Shown piece after piece: positions 49,724-62,742 of a stretch of DNA of 64,000 nt. A program made the translations under genes and the position numbers. Source of the DNA: Candidatus Poriferihabitaceae bacterium (lineage in GTDB: Bacteria; Pseudomonadota; Gammaproteobacteria; Arenicellales; Poriferihabitantaceae); contig CBDBQH010000003.1 in NCBI GenBank assembly GCA_965208975.1, positions 1,348,792 through 1,412,791 on the forward strand, written 5' to 3'. Within the stretch, counting starts at the first letter, position 1. Each line of letters begins with the position of its first letter. The notes under the pieces are model-generated. The model was not told where the DNA came from and did no database searches. It was given only the letters and a program-made list of their open reading frames with translations.

Positions 49724-51133
49724 ATGGATTCCATTGAGATAGGTCTGGTTATCACCGGTTTCCTGCTGGTTCTGGTGGTTGTCGGCGTAAGGGTCGCGTT
49801 CGCAACCGCCATCGCCGGGATGATTGGTCTGATCTGGATTTTCTGGGATAAGCGTGATTATGCGCCAGAACAATTCAGCTGGGCTCTTACAGTGGCCGTG
49901 AAGACAGCCGGACAGGTTCCTCACTCCAAGATTTCTTCCCAGGCTTTGTCTCTCATCCCGACCTTCATATTAATTGGTTATCTCGCCTACTACGCCGGTC
50001 TGACCAAAGCGCTTTTTGAAGCCGCCAAACGCTGGATCGGTTGGGTTCCCGGAGGTTTGGCGGTGGCGACAGTATTTGCTACTGCGGGATTTGCCGCCGT
50101 TTCAGGCGCTTCGGTTGCGACTTCCGCGGTGTTTGCCCGAATTGCCTTGCCAGAAATGACCGCCGTCGGATATGACAAACGCTTTGCCGCTGGAGTAGTG
50201 GCCGCTGCGGGAACTCTCGCCTCATTGATCCCGCCGTCCGCAATCCTTGTTATTTACGCCATAATCGTTGAACAGGATGTGGGAGCCTTGTTGCTGGCGG
50301 GGTTTCTGCCGGGCGTTTTCTCTGCGCTGGTTTATGGCTTGTTGATCGTTGGAATGGCTGTTGTGGTCAAGGATTTCGGACCTGCCGTGGGTGGTTTTTC
50401 GTGGGTTGAAAGATTCAAGTCTCTGCCGCCGGTGTTGCCAATCTTTTTTGTTATCGCGATTATCATATTATTCATTTACAACCCTTTTGGCGGTGACGCC
50501 TGGGGCACCCCGACAGAAGGCGGAGCGCTCGGCGCGTTTGTGGTGTTTGTCATGGCCGTTTACGGTGGCATGAGGTGGCCGCAATTCAAGAGGGCGCTGA
50601 TGGAAACCGCTAAACTCTCGGTCATGATCTTTACCATCATCTGGGGGGTTTTGATCTTTGTGAGATTTCTGGGGTTTGCCGACCTGCCCGGCGTTTTTTC
50701 AGCATGGATTACATCCCTTGACCAAAGTCCTTTTCTTACCCTGATCCTTATCCTGCTGGCCTACGCTGTGCTGGGCATGTTCATGGATGCAATCGGTATG
50801 CTTATTCTGACACTCCCGGTTGTGTTTCCTGCGGTAATCGCCCTCAACGGCGGTTGGGCTGTAACTGCACAAGAAAGCGCTTTTGGGCTGAGCGCTACAG
50901 AGTGTGGGATCTGGTTCGGTATAATTGTCGTAAAAATGGCCGAGCTTTGCCTGATTACGCCACCGATAGGACTCAACTGTTTTGTGGTCGCGGGTGTGCG
51001 CCCGGAAATTTCGGTACATGATGTATTTAGAGGGGTGGCGCCTTTTTTTATTGCCGATGCCCTGACCATTGCCGGGTTGGTCCTTTTCCCGGGCATTGTA
51101 CTTTATTTCCCCAACCTGTTACTGGGCGGGTAA
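49724..51133 (+). CDS. TRAP transporter large permease
   Basis: 469-aa polytopic membrane protein in the DctM position. Confidence 0.85.
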   Translation: MDSIEIGLVITGFLLVLVVVGVRVAFATAIAGMIGLIWIFWDKRDYAPEQFSWALTVAVKTAGQVPHSKISSQALSLIPTFILIGYLAYYAGLTKALFEAAKRWIGWVPGGLAVATVFATAGFAAVSGASVATSAVFARIALPEMTAVGYDKRFAAGVVAAAGTLASLIPPSAILVIYAIIVEQDVGALLLAGFLPGVFSALVYGLLIVGMAVVVKDFGPAVGGFSWVERFKSLPPVLPIFFVIAIIILFIYNPFGGDAWGTPTEGGALGAFVVFVMAVYGGMRWPQFKRALMETAKLSVMIFTIIWGVLIFVRFLGFADLPGVFSAWITSLDQSPFLTLILILLAYAVLGMFMDAIGMLILTLPVVFPAVIALNGGWAVTAQESAFGLSATECGIWFGIIVVKMAELCLITPPIGLNCFVVAGVRPEISVHDVFRGVAPFFIADALTIAGLVLFPGIVLYFPNLLLGG

Positions 51134-51281
51134 GCGTGTATGGCGCTGTGAGCGTGTATGACGCTTGACCGCTCTGCAATTGTCTTGCCGATAGCGGGTT
51201 TTTTCCGGTCAAATGATTTAGAATAACGGTTTTGCGCCGGGCAGACCCGGACAAGCCAGCGAACGGACCTTTAAGTTTGTT

Positions 51282-51638
51282 TTGTTAACCGATTATTTAC
51301 CGATCCTGTTATTTATCATCGTCGGCATTGCCGTCGGTGTAATCGCTATTTCGGCAGGGAAGATACTGGCTCCGAGCAAGCCGGACGAACAAAAAAATTC
51401 GCCTTACGAGTGCGGATTCGAGGCATTTGAAGATTCCAGGATGAAATTTGATGTCCGGTATTATCTGGTTGCTATTCTGTTTATTATTTTTGATCTTGAA
51501 ATTGCGTTTCTGTTTCCGTGGGCGATTGTGCTTGATGAAATCGGCGTGTTCGGGTTCTGGGCGATGATGTTGTTTCTCGGGGTCCTGGTAGTCGGGTTCA
51601 TCTATGAATGGAAAAAAGGCGCTCTGGAATGGGAGTAG
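51282..51638 (+). CDS. nuoA: NADH-quinone oxidoreductase subunit A
   Basis: 118 aa, TTG start, [15 protein letters not shown]..., SPYECGFE motif. Confidence 0.9.
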   Translation: MLTDYLPILLFIIVGIAVGVIAISAGKILAPSKPDEQKNSPYECGFEAFEDSRMKFDVRYYLVAILFIIFDLEIAFLFPWAIVLDEIGVFGFWAMMLFLGVLVVGFIYEWKKGALEWE

Positions 51639-51643
51639 ATTAA

Positions 51644-52141
51644 ATGGCGCTTGAAGGCACCTTGCAGGAAGGATTTGCAACAGCCAGGCTGGATGACCTG
51701 ATCAACTGGGCGCGAACCGGCTCACTGTGGCCGATGACTTTCGGCCTTGCCTGTTGCGCGGTCGAAATGATGCAGGCGGGGGCGGCGCGTTACGATCTCG
51801 ATCGTTTCGGTGTCATATTCAGGCCAAGTCCCAGACAATCGGACGTAATGATCGTGGCCGGCACCCTGACCAACAAGATGGCGCCGGCCCTGCGTAAGGT
51901 ATATGACCAGATGGCCGAGCCGCGATGGGTCATCTCGATGGGCTCCTGCGCCAATGGCGGGGGTTATTACCATTATTCCTATTCCGTAGTTCGCGGCTGT
52001 GATCGCATCATCCCGGTGGATGTGTATGTGCCCGGCTGTCCGCCGACCGCCGAAGCGTTGATTTATGGTATCCTGCAATTACAGAAAAAGATCAGGAAAA
52101 CCAGCACGATCGCGCGACCGGCAGTCATATCAGCGACTTGA
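51644..52141 (+). CDS. nuoB: NADH-quinone oxidoreductase subunit B
   Basis: [27 protein letters not shown] (N2 cluster ligands). Confidence 0.95.
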   Translation: MALEGTLQEGFATARLDDLINWARTGSLWPMTFGLACCAVEMMQAGAARYDLDRFGVIFRPSPRQSDVMIVAGTLTNKMAPALRKVYDQMAEPRWVISMGSCANGGGYYHYSYSVVRGCDRIIPVDVYVPGCPPTAEALIYGILQLQKKIRKTSTIARPAVISAT

Positions 52142-52159
52142 TCCGGGGAACCATTTAAT

Positions 52160-52780
52160 ATGATGACCCTGTCTGACTTGCCTGGGCGCCTGACCGGGTT
52201 GCTGGGTGAAGACCTGATCGCCAGCAAAATCCGGCTGGGTGAGTTGACCTGCGAAATCCGGCGTCAGGCGATTACCGATGTCTGTCGCCGTCTGAGAGAC
52301 GACCCCGGCGCCCGGTTCGATCAGTTGATTGATCTTTGTGGCATGGATTATTCCACCTGGGGCAAGGAAGGGGGCAATCCCTGGTCGGGCAGCCGCTATG
52401 CGGTGATCTATCATTTGATGTCGCTTGACAACAACCAGCGCATCCGGCTGCGCTGTGAACTGGACGACCAGCAACCGCTCATTGACTCGGTGATTGAGGT
52501 CTGGCCCGCAGCCGACTGGTTTGAACGAGAAGCGTTTGATCTGTATGGGATTATTTTCAACGGGCACCCCGACCTGCGCCGTCTGTTGACGGATTATGGT
52601 TTTATCGGTCATCCGTTTCGTAAGGACTTTCCACTGTCGGGGCAGGTGGAAATGCGTTTTGACGAGGAACAGGGACGGGTCATCTATCAGCCCGTCACAA
52701 TCGAGGAGCGTATCCTGGTTCCACGTACCATTCGTAAGGATTCATTCGCCGGTTCTGATTTGAGTGAGAGCCCGGACTGA
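52160..52780 (+). CDS. nuoC: NADH-quinone oxidoreductase subunit C
   Basis: 30-kDa subunit signature [22 protein letters not shown]. Separate from nuoD. Confidence 0.93.
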   Translation: MMTLSDLPGRLTGLLGEDLIASKIRLGELTCEIRRQAITDVCRRLRDDPGARFDQLIDLCGMDYSTWGKEGGNPWSGSRYAVIYHLMSLDNNQRIRLRCELDDQQPLIDSVIEVWPAADWFEREAFDLYGIIFNGHPDLRRLLTDYGFIGHPFRKDFPLSGQVEMRFDEEQGRVIYQPVTIEERILVPRTIRKDSFAGSDLSESPD

Positions 52781-54033
52781 TGGCTGAAATTCGCAACTAT
52801 ACGATGAATTTCGGGCCGCAACATCCGGCGGCGCATGGTGTGCTCAGAATCATCATGGAGATGGACGGCGAGGTAATTGAGCGTTGTGACCCGCATATCG
52901 GTTTGCTGCATCGGGGTACGGAGAAACTGGCGGAGACCAAGCCTTACAATCAGAGTATCGGTTATATGGACCGCCTTGATTACGTCTCGATGATGTGTAA
53001 CGAGCATGCTTATGTTCTGGCAATCGAGAAAATGCTCGGTATCGAAATCCCGCTTCGCGCACAATATATCCGGGTGCTGTTTGATGAGATCACCCGTATC
53101 CTGAATCATTGCCTGTGGCTGGGCGCTCATGCGCTGGATGTCGGCGCCATGACGGTCTTCCTGTACTGTTTCCGTGAAAGGGAAGACCTGATGGATTGCT
53201 ACGAGGCGGTGTCCGGCGCTCGGATGCATGCCACTTATTACCGGCCCGGCGGGGTTTATCGGGATTTGCCCGACCAGATGCCGAAATACGCTCCCACCAG
53301 GCAGCGTTCTGAAACCGGGACGCAGAAACTCAACGAGGCCCGCGAAGGGTCACTGCTTGATTTCATCGAAGCCTTTACCGAGCGATTTCCCGCCTGTGTA
53401 GACGAATATGAAACCCTGTTGAGCGATAACCGCATCTGGAAACAAAGGACGGTAGACATCGGCATTGTGGCCCCGGAACGCGCCAGGGCGCTGGGCTTTT
53501 CCGGCGCCATGCTGAGAGGTTCGGGAATAGAGTGGGATCTGCGTAAGAAACAGCCCTATGAAGTGTATGAGCGGATGGATTTCGATATTCCGGTGGGTAC
53601 GAATGGCGACTGCTATGACCGTTATCTGGTGCGAGTTGAGGAAATGCGCCAGTCCAACCGCATCATCAGACAGTGCGTTGACTGGCTGCGAAATCATGCG
53701 GGGCCGGTCATTGTCGATGATCACAAGCTGACTCCGCCTTCGCGAGAAAACATGAAAGGCGATATGGAATCCCTGATCCACCACTTCAAGCTGTTCACCG
53801 AGGGTTATTGCGTACCGCCCGGAGAAGCCTACGCGGCGATTGAACATCCCAAGGGGGAGTTCGGTATTTATCTGGTTTCCGATGGCGCCAACAAGCCCTA
53901 CCGGGTCAAAATCCGGGCGCCTGGTTTCGCTCACCTCGCCGCCCTGCACGAAATGTCCAATGGTCACATGCTGGCCGACATGGTCGCGATCATCGGCACC
54001 CAGGATATTGTGTTCGGGGAGATAGACCGATAA
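52780..54033 (+). CDS. nuoD: NADH-quinone oxidoreductase subunit D
   Basis: [15 protein letters not shown]..., 417 aa. Confidence 0.95.
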   Translation: MAEIRNYTMNFGPQHPAAHGVLRIIMEMDGEVIERCDPHIGLLHRGTEKLAETKPYNQSIGYMDRLDYVSMMCNEHAYVLAIEKMLGIEIPLRAQYIRVLFDEITRILNHCLWLGAHALDVGAMTVFLYCFREREDLMDCYEAVSGARMHATYYRPGGVYRDLPDQMPKYAPTRQRSETGTQKLNEAREGSLLDFIEAFTERFPACVDEYETLLSDNRIWKQRTVDIGIVAPERARALGFSGAMLRGSGIEWDLRKKQPYEVYERMDFDIPVGTNGDCYDRYLVRVEEMRQSNRIIRQCVDWLRNHAGPVIVDDHKLTPPSRENMKGDMESLIHHFKLFTEGYCVPPGEAYAAIEHPKGEFGIYLVSDGANKPYRVKIRAPGFAHLAALHEMSNGHMLADMVAIIGTQDIVFGEIDR

Positions 54034-54036
54034 GTC

Positions 54037-54534
54037 ATGACATCCGATCCTGTCAATCATTGCCGGCTGTGCGAGGCGTCCATGCGACAGATCAGCCATG
54101 AACTGGAAAAATATCCGGCAGACCAGCGCCAGTCCGCGCTGCTGGCCGCTCTGCGAATCGCCCAGGACGAGCATGGCTGGCTGAGCGGGGAGCTGATCGA
54201 ACAGGTCGCCGGCATCATCGGGATACCGCCGATCAAGGCTTACGAGGTCGCGACCTTTTACTCAATGTATGATCTGGGCCCGACCGGCCGGCATAAGGTA
54301 TGTCTGTGCACCAATATCTCCTGCATGTTGCGTGGCTCGGATGAGATTGCCGCTCATCTGCGACAAAAGCTCGGCATCGGATTCGGCGAGACCACTGCCG
54401 ACGGTCGCTTTACCCTGAAGGAAGTGGAGTGTCTGGCCGCCTGTGCCGGAGCGCCGATGATGCAGATCGGGCGCGATTACTACGAAGATCTGACTCCGGA
54501 CAAGGTGGACCGGATTCTTGAGGGGCTGATATGA
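54037..54534 (+). CDS. nuoE: NADH-quinone oxidoreductase subunit E
   Basis: 2Fe-2S ligands in VCLCTNISCMLRG and ECLAACAGAP. Confidence 0.93.
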   Translation: MTSDPVNHCRLCEASMRQISHELEKYPADQRQSALLAALRIAQDEHGWLSGELIEQVAGIIGIPPIKAYEVATFYSMYDLGPTGRHKVCLCTNISCMLRGSDEIAAHLRQKLGIGFGETTADGRFTLKEVECLAACAGAPMMQIGRDYYEDLTPDKVDRILEGLI

Positions 54535-55850
54535 GCTTGCCATTGGTTGCTGACCGATTCAGTTCCTTACGCAGGGCATGCAATGTCAGTCTGCCCGACC
54601 CGGCGATCGAAAAGCCCTGGACGCTGCAAAGCTACCGCGCCAACGGCGGTTATCAGGCATTGGAAAGGGTACTGAGCGGCCAGATACCACATACTGAAAT
54701 CATAGATACCCTCAAGCAATCGAACATCCGCGGGCGGGGCGGGGCCGGATTTCCGGTGGGAGTAAAATGGAGCTTCATGCCACGCGACTCCAATGTGCAG
54801 AAATATGTGGTCTGTAATTCCGATGAAGGTGAGCCTGGTACCTGCAAGGATCGGGACATTATGCGACTGAATCCTCACGCCCTGATTGAGGGCATGACCA
54901 TTGGCGGTTATGTGATGGGCGCTACCGTGGGCTACAATTATATCCGTGGCGAATTCCAGGAACCCTACGAGGTCATGGAGGAGGCGATAAGGGAAGCCCG
55001 GCAGGCCGGCCTGCTGGGTCGCGACCTGTTCGGCTCGGGCTTTGACTTCAATCTGTACAACCATCTGGGCGCCGGCGCCTATATCTGCGGTGAGGAAACC
55101 GCGCTGCTCAATTCGCTGGAAGGAAAAAAAGGCGAACCACGCTTCAAGCCGCCCTTTCCGGCCGCTTATGGTTTGTACGGCAAGCCGACCACGATCAACA
55201 ATACCGAATCCTTTGCCTCTGTGCCGGCCATTCTGAGGGCGAATGGCGACTGGATGGATGGCGCCTGGTTCAAGCGGCTGGGGGTTGAAAACGCTGGAGG
55301 GGTCAAGGTGTTTTCGGTGACCGGTCACGTGGAACGCCCCGGAAATTACGAGATCAGGATGGGTACTCCCTTTCGTGAACTGCTGGAAATGGCGGGTGGA
55401 GTCTGGAAAGGCCGCAAGTTGAAGGCCGTGATCCCCGGTGGCTCGTCGGTGCCGGTCATGCCTGCGGAAAATATCATGCAGGCCAATATGGATTATGATT
55501 CCCTGCAAAAACACGGTTCTGCGGTCGGCGCCGGCTCTGTGATTGTCATGGATGAAACCACCGACATGGTGAAAATCCTGAAGCGTATCGCGTATTTTTA
55601 CTACGAAGAATCCTGCGGTCAGTGCACGCCCTGCCGTGAGGGTACTGGCTGGTTGTATCGCATTTTGAAGCGAATTGATTCAGGGCATGGCAAAATGAAA
55701 GACCTGGATACCCTGCTGGATGTCGCCAACCGGATAGAAGGCCGCACCATTTGTGCGTTGGGTGACGCGGCGGCCTGGCCTGTGCAAAGCTTCCTGGCAC
55801 ATTTTCGGCATGAGTTCGAAGCGAAGATCAAGGTAACGGCTACGCGATGA
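54531..55850 (+). CDS. nuoF: NADH-quinone oxidoreductase subunit F
   Basis: FMN/NADH site GRGGAGFPVGVKW, 4Fe-4S ESCGQCTPCREG. Confidence 0.95.
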   Translation: MSLPLVADRFSSLRRACNVSLPDPAIEKPWTLQSYRANGGYQALERVLSGQIPHTEIIDTLKQSNIRGRGGAGFPVGVKWSFMPRDSNVQKYVVCNSDEGEPGTCKDRDIMRLNPHALIEGMTIGGYVMGATVGYNYIRGEFQEPYEVMEEAIREARQAGLLGRDLFGSGFDFNLYNHLGAGAYICGEETALLNSLEGKKGEPRFKPPFPAAYGLYGKPTTINNTESFASVPAILRANGDWMDGAWFKRLGVENAGGVKVFSVTGHVERPGNYEIRMGTPFRELLEMAGGVWKGRKLKAVIPGGSSVPVMPAENIMQANMDYDSLQKHGSAVGAGSVIVMDETTDMVKILKRIAYFYYEESCGQCTPCREGTGWLYRILKRIDSGHGKMKDLDTLLDVANRIEGRTICALGDAAAWPVQSFLAHFRHEFEAKIKVTATR

Positions 55851-58234
55851 GTACGATAACCATAGAAGTGGATGGCAGGGAACTCGAAGCCGTGGCCGGC
55901 GAAATGCTGATTGGCGTCACTGACCGCAATGACATTTATATTCCCCGATTCTGCTACCATGAAAAACTGTCGGTCGCGGCAAATTGCCGGATGTGTCTGG
56001 TAGAAGTAGAGCGGGCGCCGAAGCCGATGCCGGCCTGTGCCACTCCGGTCAATGCCGGCATGAAGGTCTTTACCCGGTCAAAGCTGGCGCGCGAAGCCCA
56101 GAAAGGCACGATGGAGTTCCTGTTGATCAATCATCCGCTGGATTGTCCGGTTTGTGACCAGGGCGGAGAATGCCCCTTGCAGGATCAGGCGCTTGCGTAT
56201 GGCAAGGGTGATTCACGCTTCATGGAATCCAAGCGGGTGGTTCCGAATTACGATATCGGTCCTCTGGTCGCTACCGAAATGACCCGTTGCATCCATTGTA
56301 CGCGCTGTGTGCGTTTCGGGGAGGAGATCGCCGGGGTGGTTGAGATGGGTATGCCGGGGCGCGGTGAGCATGCCAGAATTACCACCTTTCTCAGTCGTCC
56401 GGTGAATTCTGAAGTTTCGGGCAATATCATTGATCTGTGTCCGGTCGGCGCCCTTACGTCCAGACCTTACCGTTTTGCCGCGCGGTCATGGGAGCTGCAA
56501 AACCATTCGGCCATCAGCCCGCATGACTGTCTCGGAACCAACATCAACATCCAGACGCTGCGCGGCCGGGTGGAACGGGTTTTGCCGATCGAAAATCCCG
56601 CGATCAACGAATGCTGGCTGGCGGACCGGGACCGCTTTTCCTATGAGGCGGTCAACAGCGAAAAACGCTTGCTTGACCCGATGATCCGGGAAAACGGCCA
56701 GTGGCGGACCACTGATTGGGAAACCGCCCTGACCTTTGCCGCCGAGGGATTGCGGGCCGTTATCCATGCCGGCTCAGCCAATGATATAGGTGGAATTGCA
56801 GGATACACGTCAACCCTGGAGGAGTTCTACCTGTTACAGAAGCTGCTGCGGGCGCTGGGCAGTGAAAACGTGGATCACCGATTGCAACAGTGTGATTTCA
56901 GGGATGATGACATCGCTCCGGCCTTCCCTGCATCAGAAGTGGCCATCAGCGACTATGACAAGCAACAGGCCATATTACTGGTAGGTTCCAACATCCGCAA
57001 GGAACAACCGTTGCTTGCCTTGAAAATCCGGCGAGGAGCCGAATCCGGCCTGACCCGAATCAGCGCCATTAATCCGGTGGATTATGATTTGAATTTCGGC
57101 TTGATCGAATCCGCTTTCGGAGCCGGACCGGCGTTGGTCTCCCGGCTCGCAGAGTTGGCAATGAATGTCGCTACAATCCGGTCGGTTGAGCTGCCCGAAG
57201 ATATCCGGGCGCTGGCCTGTGACCATGCCGGTATGTACCAATCCGCGCGCAATCTGGCGGCGGCGGGTGACAACGGCTTGATCATTCTGGGGGCTTTGGC
57301 GCAACAGCACCCCGATGCCAGTGTGATCCAGGCCATTGCCAACTGGATTGCCGACACGGCAGGCTGCAAACTGGCCATCCTGACGCCAGGAAACAGTGTC
57401 GCTGGACATATCTCGAATTGTCGGCCACATACCCATGGCAAAAACCTCCATGATATGTTGTACGGGGGGTTACCGGGCTTTGTACTGCTCGGCTGTGAGC
57501 CTGAACTGGATTGCATCGACGCGAAAGCGGCGGCTGCCGCGATGAACCATGCGCGCTTCATCGTCCAGATGAGCGCGTTTCAAAGTGAATCGGTCAAAAA
57601 ATACGCGGATGTGCTGTTGCCGGTCGCCGCTTTCACCGAGTCTGCCGGTACTTTTATCAACTGCGAAGGTCGGGTGCAAACGGCTGAAGTCTCCGCCAAC
57701 CCCGCGGGGCAATCGCGGCCAGCCTGGAAGGTATTGCGTGTACTTGGCAATTTCCTGCACTGCGATGGATTCGAATTCATTACACTTGATGATGTGATGG
57801 AGGAAATCAGTGCCACGACCGGAATGGACGATATACAACCGAATGCGCGTTCCACACAACGCCGGTTCAATCCGTTATTGTCCGTGTCCGCTGCCGACGG
57901 TCTGCCGCGGATTGCGGATATGCCGATGTATCGCGGCGACATCACACTGCGTAACACGGACGCGCTTCAGCGCACCGCGGACAATCCCGCGCCAGCGGTA
58001 TCCGTCCACCCCGCTACGGCGGCAAGATTGGGTCTTGCCGAAGACGTTGAGGCGCTCGTACAGGCATCCGTGAAAGACGGCGCCAACCGCATCCGGTTAC
58101 CACTCAGATTGAACCCTCGCCTGATGGAAAATTGCGTCCATATTGCCGCCGGATTCCATGAAACGGCCGGCCTCGGCGGCCAGACCATCGTCAACCTTCT
58201 GAAAGCGCCTGCGGACGGTAAGGCGGATGGCTGA
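55847..58234 (+). CDS. nuoG: NADH-quinone oxidoreductase subunit G
   Basis: N-terminal 2Fe-2[34 protein letters not shown], 795 aa. Confidence 0.95.
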   Translation: MSTITIEVDGRELEAVAGEMLIGVTDRNDIYIPRFCYHEKLSVAANCRMCLVEVERAPKPMPACATPVNAGMKVFTRSKLAREAQKGTMEFLLINHPLDCPVCDQGGECPLQDQALAYGKGDSRFMESKRVVPNYDIGPLVATEMTRCIHCTRCVRFGEEIAGVVEMGMPGRGEHARITTFLSRPVNSEVSGNIIDLCPVGALTSRPYRFAARSWELQNHSAISPHDCLGTNINIQTLRGRVERVLPIENPAINECWLADRDRFSYEAVNSEKRLLDPMIRENGQWRTTDWETALTFAAEGLRAVIHAGSANDIGGIAGYTSTLEEFYLLQKLLRALGSENVDHRLQQCDFRDDDIAPAFPASEVAISDYDKQQAILLVGSNIRKEQPLLALKIRRGAESGLTRISAINPVDYDLNFGLIESAFGAGPALVSRLAELAMNVATIRSVELPEDIRALACDHAGMYQSARNLAAAGDNGLIILGALAQQHPDASVIQAIANWIADTAGCKLAILTPGNSVAGHISNCRPHTHGKNLHDMLYGGLPGFVLLGCEPELDCIDAKAAAAAMNHARFIVQMSAFQSESVKKYADVLLPVAAFTESAGTFINCEGRVQTAEVSANPAGQSRPAWKVLRVLGNFLHCDGFEFITLDDVMEEISATTGMDDIQPNARSTQRRFNPLLSVSAADGLPRIADMPMYRGDITLRNTDALQRTADNPAPAVSVHPATAARLGLAEDVEALVQASVKDGANRIRLPLRLNPRLMENCVHIAAGFHETAGLGGQTIVNLLKAPADGKADG

Positions 58235-59273
58235 TTTCTGGTTTTCAATGACCGGGTGGCTGCCGGACAGTTTGCAGCATTTCTTCTGGATCATGCTGAA
58301 AATCACTGCGATCATCATTCCTTTGATGGCCTGCGTGGCCTGGTTTACTTTTGCGGAACGCAAGTTGATCGGCTATATGCAGACCCGGGTCGGACCCAAT
58401 CGGGTCGGGCCCAAGGGCTGGGGGCAACCGATCGCGGATGTCATCAAACTGATGTTCAAGGAAGTCATCATCCCGCATAAATCAAACCGCTACCTGTTTC
58501 TGATCGCGCCGGTTCTTTCCCTGGCGCCGGCGCTTGCGGCCTGGGCTGTGGTGCCGTTCACCGACTCGCTGGTACTGGCCAACATTGACGCCAGTTTGTT
58601 GTACGTGCTTGCCTTGACTTCGATGGGCGTTTATGGCGTGATTGTGGCGGGCTGGGCATCGAACTCCAAATACGCCTTTCTGGGCGCGATGCGCTCTGCC
58701 GCGCAGATCGTTGCCTATGAAATCGCGATGGGATTCGCTCTGGTGGGAGTACTGATGGTTGCCGGCAGCTTGAATCTGAGAGAAATTGTGCTGCATCAAT
58801 CCGGCGGCTTCTGGCAGTGGTACTGGCTGCCCCTGTTGCCGTTGTTCGTGGTGTATTTCATTTCCGGGGTGGCGGAGACCAATCGGGCGCCGTTTGACGT
58901 AGCGGAAGGCGAGTCGGAAATTGTCGCCGGTTTCCACGTGGAATATTCCGGCATGGGTTTCGCGGTGTTTTTCCTGGCGGAATATGCCAATATGGTTCTC
59001 ATTGCGGCGCTCACCGTACTGATGTTTCTGGGAGGGTGGCTGCCGCCGGTTGACGTGGCTCCGTTCACCTGGCTTCCCGGCCTGTTCTGGTTCGGGCTGA
59101 AAACTGCCGCGGTGGCCTTTCTGTTCCTGTGGTTTCGCGCGACCTTTCCCCGCTACCGATATGACCAGATCATGCGCCTGGGATGGAAAGTCCTGATCCC
59201 GGTGACTCTGGTATGGATTGTCGTGATCGGGCTCGGAAAGTTCTATACGCCGCTCGGCTTTGTTTTTGCATAA
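58227..59273 (+). CDS. nuoH: NADH-quinone oxidoreductase subunit H
   Basis: [35 protein letters not shown]. Confidence 0.95.
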   Translation: MADFWFSMTGWLPDSLQHFFWIMLKITAIIIPLMACVAWFTFAERKLIGYMQTRVGPNRVGPKGWGQPIADVIKLMFKEVIIPHKSNRYLFLIAPVLSLAPALAAWAVVPFTDSLVLANIDASLLYVLALTSMGVYGVIVAGWASNSKYAFLGAMRSAAQIVAYEIAMGFALVGVLMVAGSLNLREIVLHQSGGFWQWYWLPLLPLFVVYFISGVAETNRAPFDVAEGESEIVAGFHVEYSGMGFAVFFLAEYANMVLIAALTVLMFLGGWLPPVDVAPFTWLPGLFWFGLKTAAVAFLFLWFRATFPRYRYDQIMRLGWKVLIPVTLVWIVVIGLGKFYTPLGFVFA

Positions 59274-59304
59274 CGGTACGAAAGTATAATCACAGGTATT
59301 CTCA

Positions 59305-59796
59305 ATGGCTCTGGATCTCAAACAGCTTTACAAGACCTTTTCCCTGCAGGAGTTGAGAAAAGGACTCGGTGTAACCGGCCGTCAGCTTTTCAACAAGAAA
59401 ACGACGATCATGTATCCGGAGGAAAAAACGCCGAAGTCGCCGCGCTTTCGCGGCCTGCACGCACTGCGGCGCTACCCCAATGGTGAGGAGCGCTGCATCG
59501 CCTGCAAACTGTGTGAGGCGGTCTGCCCGGCGCTGGCCATCACCATTGATTCTGAAGAACGCGAAGACGGTACTCGCCGCACTACCCGCTATGATATCGA
59601 CTTGTTCAAGTGTGTTTACTGCGGCTTTTGTGAAGAAGCCTGCCCGGTGGATTCGATCGTGATGACCGATATTCATGAATTCCACATGGAAGAGAACGAG
59701 GAACGTGTGATCGATAAACAGGGACTGCTGGAAATAGGTGACCGCTACGAAGCCGAAATCGCCGCCGCCCGCAAACAGGATTCAGTCTACAGGTAA
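59305..59796 (+). CDS. nuoI: NADH-quinone oxidoreductase subunit I
   Basis: Two ferredoxin motifs, [12 protein letters not shown] and [12 protein letters not shown]. Confidence 0.95.
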   Translation: MALDLKQLYKTFSLQELRKGLGVTGRQLFNKKTTIMYPEEKTPKSPRFRGLHALRRYPNGEERCIACKLCEAVCPALAITIDSEEREDGTRRTTRYDIDLFKCVYCGFCEEACPVDSIVMTDIHEFHMEENEERVIDKQGLLEIGDRYEAEIAAARKQDSVYR

Positions 59797-59804
59797 ATCG
59801 GGCG

Positions 59805-60440
59805 ATGACACTTCTGCAAACAGCCTTTTATGTGTTTGGCGCGATTCTGGTCTTCGCGGCCATGATGGTGGTAACCATCCGCAATCCGGTCAAATCCGCG
59901 TTGTTTCTGGCGCTGGCGTTTTTCAGCGCAGCCTGTATCTGGATCACCTTGCAGGCCGAGTTTCTGGCTATCGTCCTGGTATTGGTCTATGTCGGGGCCG
60001 TGATGGTGTTGTTCCTGTTTGTCGTAATGATGCTGGATATTGATCTCGCCAGACTGCGCGCCGGTTTCACCCGTTATCTGCCGATTGGTTCACTGGTCGC
60101 GGCGCTGCTTGTGGTTGAAATAACGCTGGTATTGTATGGCTCCTTTGGCGCGAGTGATTACCGTCCACCGGCCAGTCCCGGCGGCTCTGGCTACAGCAAC
60201 TCGAAAGAACTGGGCGGACAGTTGTATACCCACTATGTTTTCGCGTTTGAAATTGCCGCGCTGATCCTGCTGGTTGCGATTATTGCGGCGATTGCGCTGA
60301 CCATGAGAAGACGCCCGCAAACAAAATATATCAACCCCGCGGATCAGGTACTGGTGAAGCGTGAAGATCGGCTGCGAATCGTGAAAATGAAACCGGAGGC
60401 CTCCGGGACCTCTTCCTCCGCTGATCGGGGCCAATCATGA
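59805..60440 (+). CDS. nuoJ: NADH-quinone oxidoreductase subunit J
   Basis: 211-aa membrane protein in the conserved operon position. Confidence 0.9.
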   Translation: MTLLQTAFYVFGAILVFAAMMVVTIRNPVKSALFLALAFFSAACIWITLQAEFLAIVLVLVYVGAVMVLFLFVVMMLDIDLARLRAGFTRYLPIGSLVAALLVVEITLVLYGSFGASDYRPPASPGGSGYSNSKELGGQLYTHYVFAFEIAALILLVAIIAAIALTMRRRPQTKYINPADQVLVKREDRLRIVKMKPEASGTSSSADRGQS

Positions 60441-60742
60441 TTCCACTCTCCCATTACCTGATTTTAGGAGCGATCCTGTTTGCCATCAGCGTTGTCGGGA
60501 TATTCCTGAACCGCAAGAATGTCGTCATCCTGCTGATGGCGATTGAGCTGTTGCTGCTTGCAGTCAACCTGAATTTCGTGGCTTTCTCATACTATCTGAA
60601 TGATATTGCGGGTCAGGTTTTCGTGTTCTTCATCCTGACCGTGGCCGCGGCGGAAGCCGCAATCGGACTGGCCATCCTGATTGTATTGTTCCGGAGCAGG
60701 AAAACCATCAATGTTGACGAACTGGATACCCTGAAGGGATGA
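60437..60742 (+). CDS. nuoK: NADH-quinone oxidoreductase subunit K
   Basis: 101 aa, 3 [21 protein letters not shown]. Confidence 0.93.
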   Translation: MIPLSHYLILGAILFAISVVGIFLNRKNVVILLMAIELLLLAVNLNFVAFSYYLNDIAGQVFVFFILTVAAAEAAIGLAILIVLFRSRKTINVDELDTLKG

Positions 60743-62700
60743 AGAATATCTACCTGGCCATTCCCCTGATCTGTCTGGCCGCTGCGGTCGTGACCGGGCT
60801 GTTCGGCAAATCCATCGGCCGTCGGGGGGCGCATTCAATCACCATCGCCGGAGTAGCCATCGCTTTCGTGTTGTCGGTGTGGGTCTATGCCGATGTTCGC
60901 AGCGGCGCCAGCGCCAACCAGAGTGTGTATACCTGGGCAATCAGCGGCGGCATTCCCTTCGAGATCGGATTCCTGATTGATCCGTTGAGCGCGACAATGA
61001 TGATCATTGTCACCTTTGTTTCGCTGATGGTTCATATCTACACTATTGGTTATATGGCAGAGGACCCGGGTTACCAGCGATTCTTCTGTTACATCTCCCT
61101 GTTTACTTTCGCCATGCTGATGCTGGTCATGTCGAACAACTTCCTGCAACTGTTTTTCGGCTGGGAGGCGGTCGGACTGGTGTCGTATCTGTTGATCGGA
61201 TTCTGGTTTGACCGGGACACCGCGATCTTCGCCAATATGAAGGCATTTCTGGTGAATCGAGTGGGGGACTTCGGGTTTTTGTTGGGAATCGCCGCGATTC
61301 TGGCTGTGTTTGGTTCGCTGGATTACGCCACCGTATTCGGTAACGCCGAGGCGCTCGGCGCGGCTACCGTAGCCTCGCCCTTTGGTGAATGGCAATGGCT
61401 CACCGTAATTTGCATCCTTTTGTTTGTCGGAGCCATGGGTAAATCCGCGCAGGTCCCCCTGCATGTCTGGCTGCCGGACTCAATGGAGGGGCCGACTCCG
61501 ATCTCAGCGTTGATCCATGCGGCGACTATGGTAACGGCGGGGATATTCATGGTGGCTCGCATGTCCCCCCTGTTCGAGTGGAGCGAGACCGCCCTGTCAG
61601 TGGTATTGATCGTCGGCGCCACCACCGCAATCCTCATGGCCCTGGTCGGCCTGGTGCAGAATGACATCAAAAGAGTGGTCGCTTACTCCACCCTGTCGCA
61701 ACTCGGTTATATGACGGTGGCGCTGGGAGTATCGGCCTACGATATCGCAATCTTTCACCTGGGTACTCACGCGTTTTTCAAGGCGTTGCTGTTTCTCGCC
61801 GCCGGCTCGGTCATTATCGCGATGCACCATGAGCAGGACATGAGAAAAATGGGCGGATTGAAAGCGGTCATGCCCATCACTTATCTGACCTGTCTGATCG
61901 GTTCGCTGGCATTGGCCGGGATTCCCCCGTTCGCCGGGTTTTTCTCCAAGGACGCGATTATCGAAGCGGTCCGCCACAGCGACACCGCAGGGGCGCAATT
62001 TGCCTGGATCGCAGTACTGGCCGGCGTATTCGTCACCGCGTTTTATTCTTTCCGGTTATTGTTCATGACCTTCCATGGAGAAAATCGGTCGGACGAGCAG
62101 ACTCGAGCACATCTGCATGAATCGCCTCCGGTGGTGACACTGCCACTGGTTGCGCTGGCTATTCCTTCGCTCCTGGCTGGTCTGCTTTTCTTCGCCCCGG
62201 TGATCAGTGGGGAACACTTCGGCGACTCCCTGTTCATTCTCGCCAATCACGATGTCACGCGGGAAATCGCCGCTGCCTATAGCGGCAAGAGCGGGGGGGC
62301 GCTGATATTCAGCGCTGTTTTGCATGGTATCCTGACCCCGCCTTTCTGGCTGGCAGTCGGTGGAATTGCCGGCGCCTGGTATTGTTATTGCCGTAATCGG
62401 GCAATGCCGGCGAGGATTGCAAAAGCCGCCGGGCCGTTCTACCGCGTATTGCAAAACAAGTACGGCTTTGACGATATCTATCAGGCCCTGTTCGCGCGCG
62501 GGTCGGTGTGGTGCGGGAAACTGCTGTATAAAAATGTCGACTCCGGATTGATTGACGGGGGGCTGGTGAATGGAACCGCCCATACGGTAGCCGCTATTTC
62601 AGTTGTCTTGCGAAAAATCCAGACTGGATATACCTATCATTACGCTTTTGTGATGATTATCGGATTGTTCAGCCTGATCACCTTGTTTGTCTGGTTTTGA
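60739..62700 (+). CDS. nuoL: NADH-quinone oxidoreductase subunit L
   Basis: 653 aa, antiporter-like. [41 protein letters not shown]. Confidence 0.95.
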   Translation: MKNIYLAIPLICLAAAVVTGLFGKSIGRRGAHSITIAGVAIAFVLSVWVYADVRSGASANQSVYTWAISGGIPFEIGFLIDPLSATMMIIVTFVSLMVHIYTIGYMAEDPGYQRFFCYISLFTFAMLMLVMSNNFLQLFFGWEAVGLVSYLLIGFWFDRDTAIFANMKAFLVNRVGDFGFLLGIAAILAVFGSLDYATVFGNAEALGAATVASPFGEWQWLTVICILLFVGAMGKSAQVPLHVWLPDSMEGPTPISALIHAATMVTAGIFMVARMSPLFEWSETALSVVLIVGATTAILMALVGLVQNDIKRVVAYSTLSQLGYMTVALGVSAYDIAIFHLGTHAFFKALLFLAAGSVIIAMHHEQDMRKMGGLKAVMPITYLTCLIGSLALAGIPPFAGFFSKDAIIEAVRHSDTAGAQFAWIAVLAGVFVTAFYSFRLLFMTFHGENRSDEQTRAHLHESPPVVTLPLVALAIPSLLAGLLFFAPVISGEHFGDSLFILANHDVTREIAAAYSGKSGGALIFSAVLHGILTPPFWLAVGGIAGAWYCYCRNRAMPARIAKAAGPFYRVLQNKYGFDDIYQALFARGSVWCGKLLYKNVDSGLIDGGLVNGTAHTVAAISVVLRKIQTGYTYHYAFVMIIGLFSLITLFVWF

Positions 62701-62742
62701 TGATGACAAAAATACTGAATGCCGGACGAGCCAAAGTCCCGA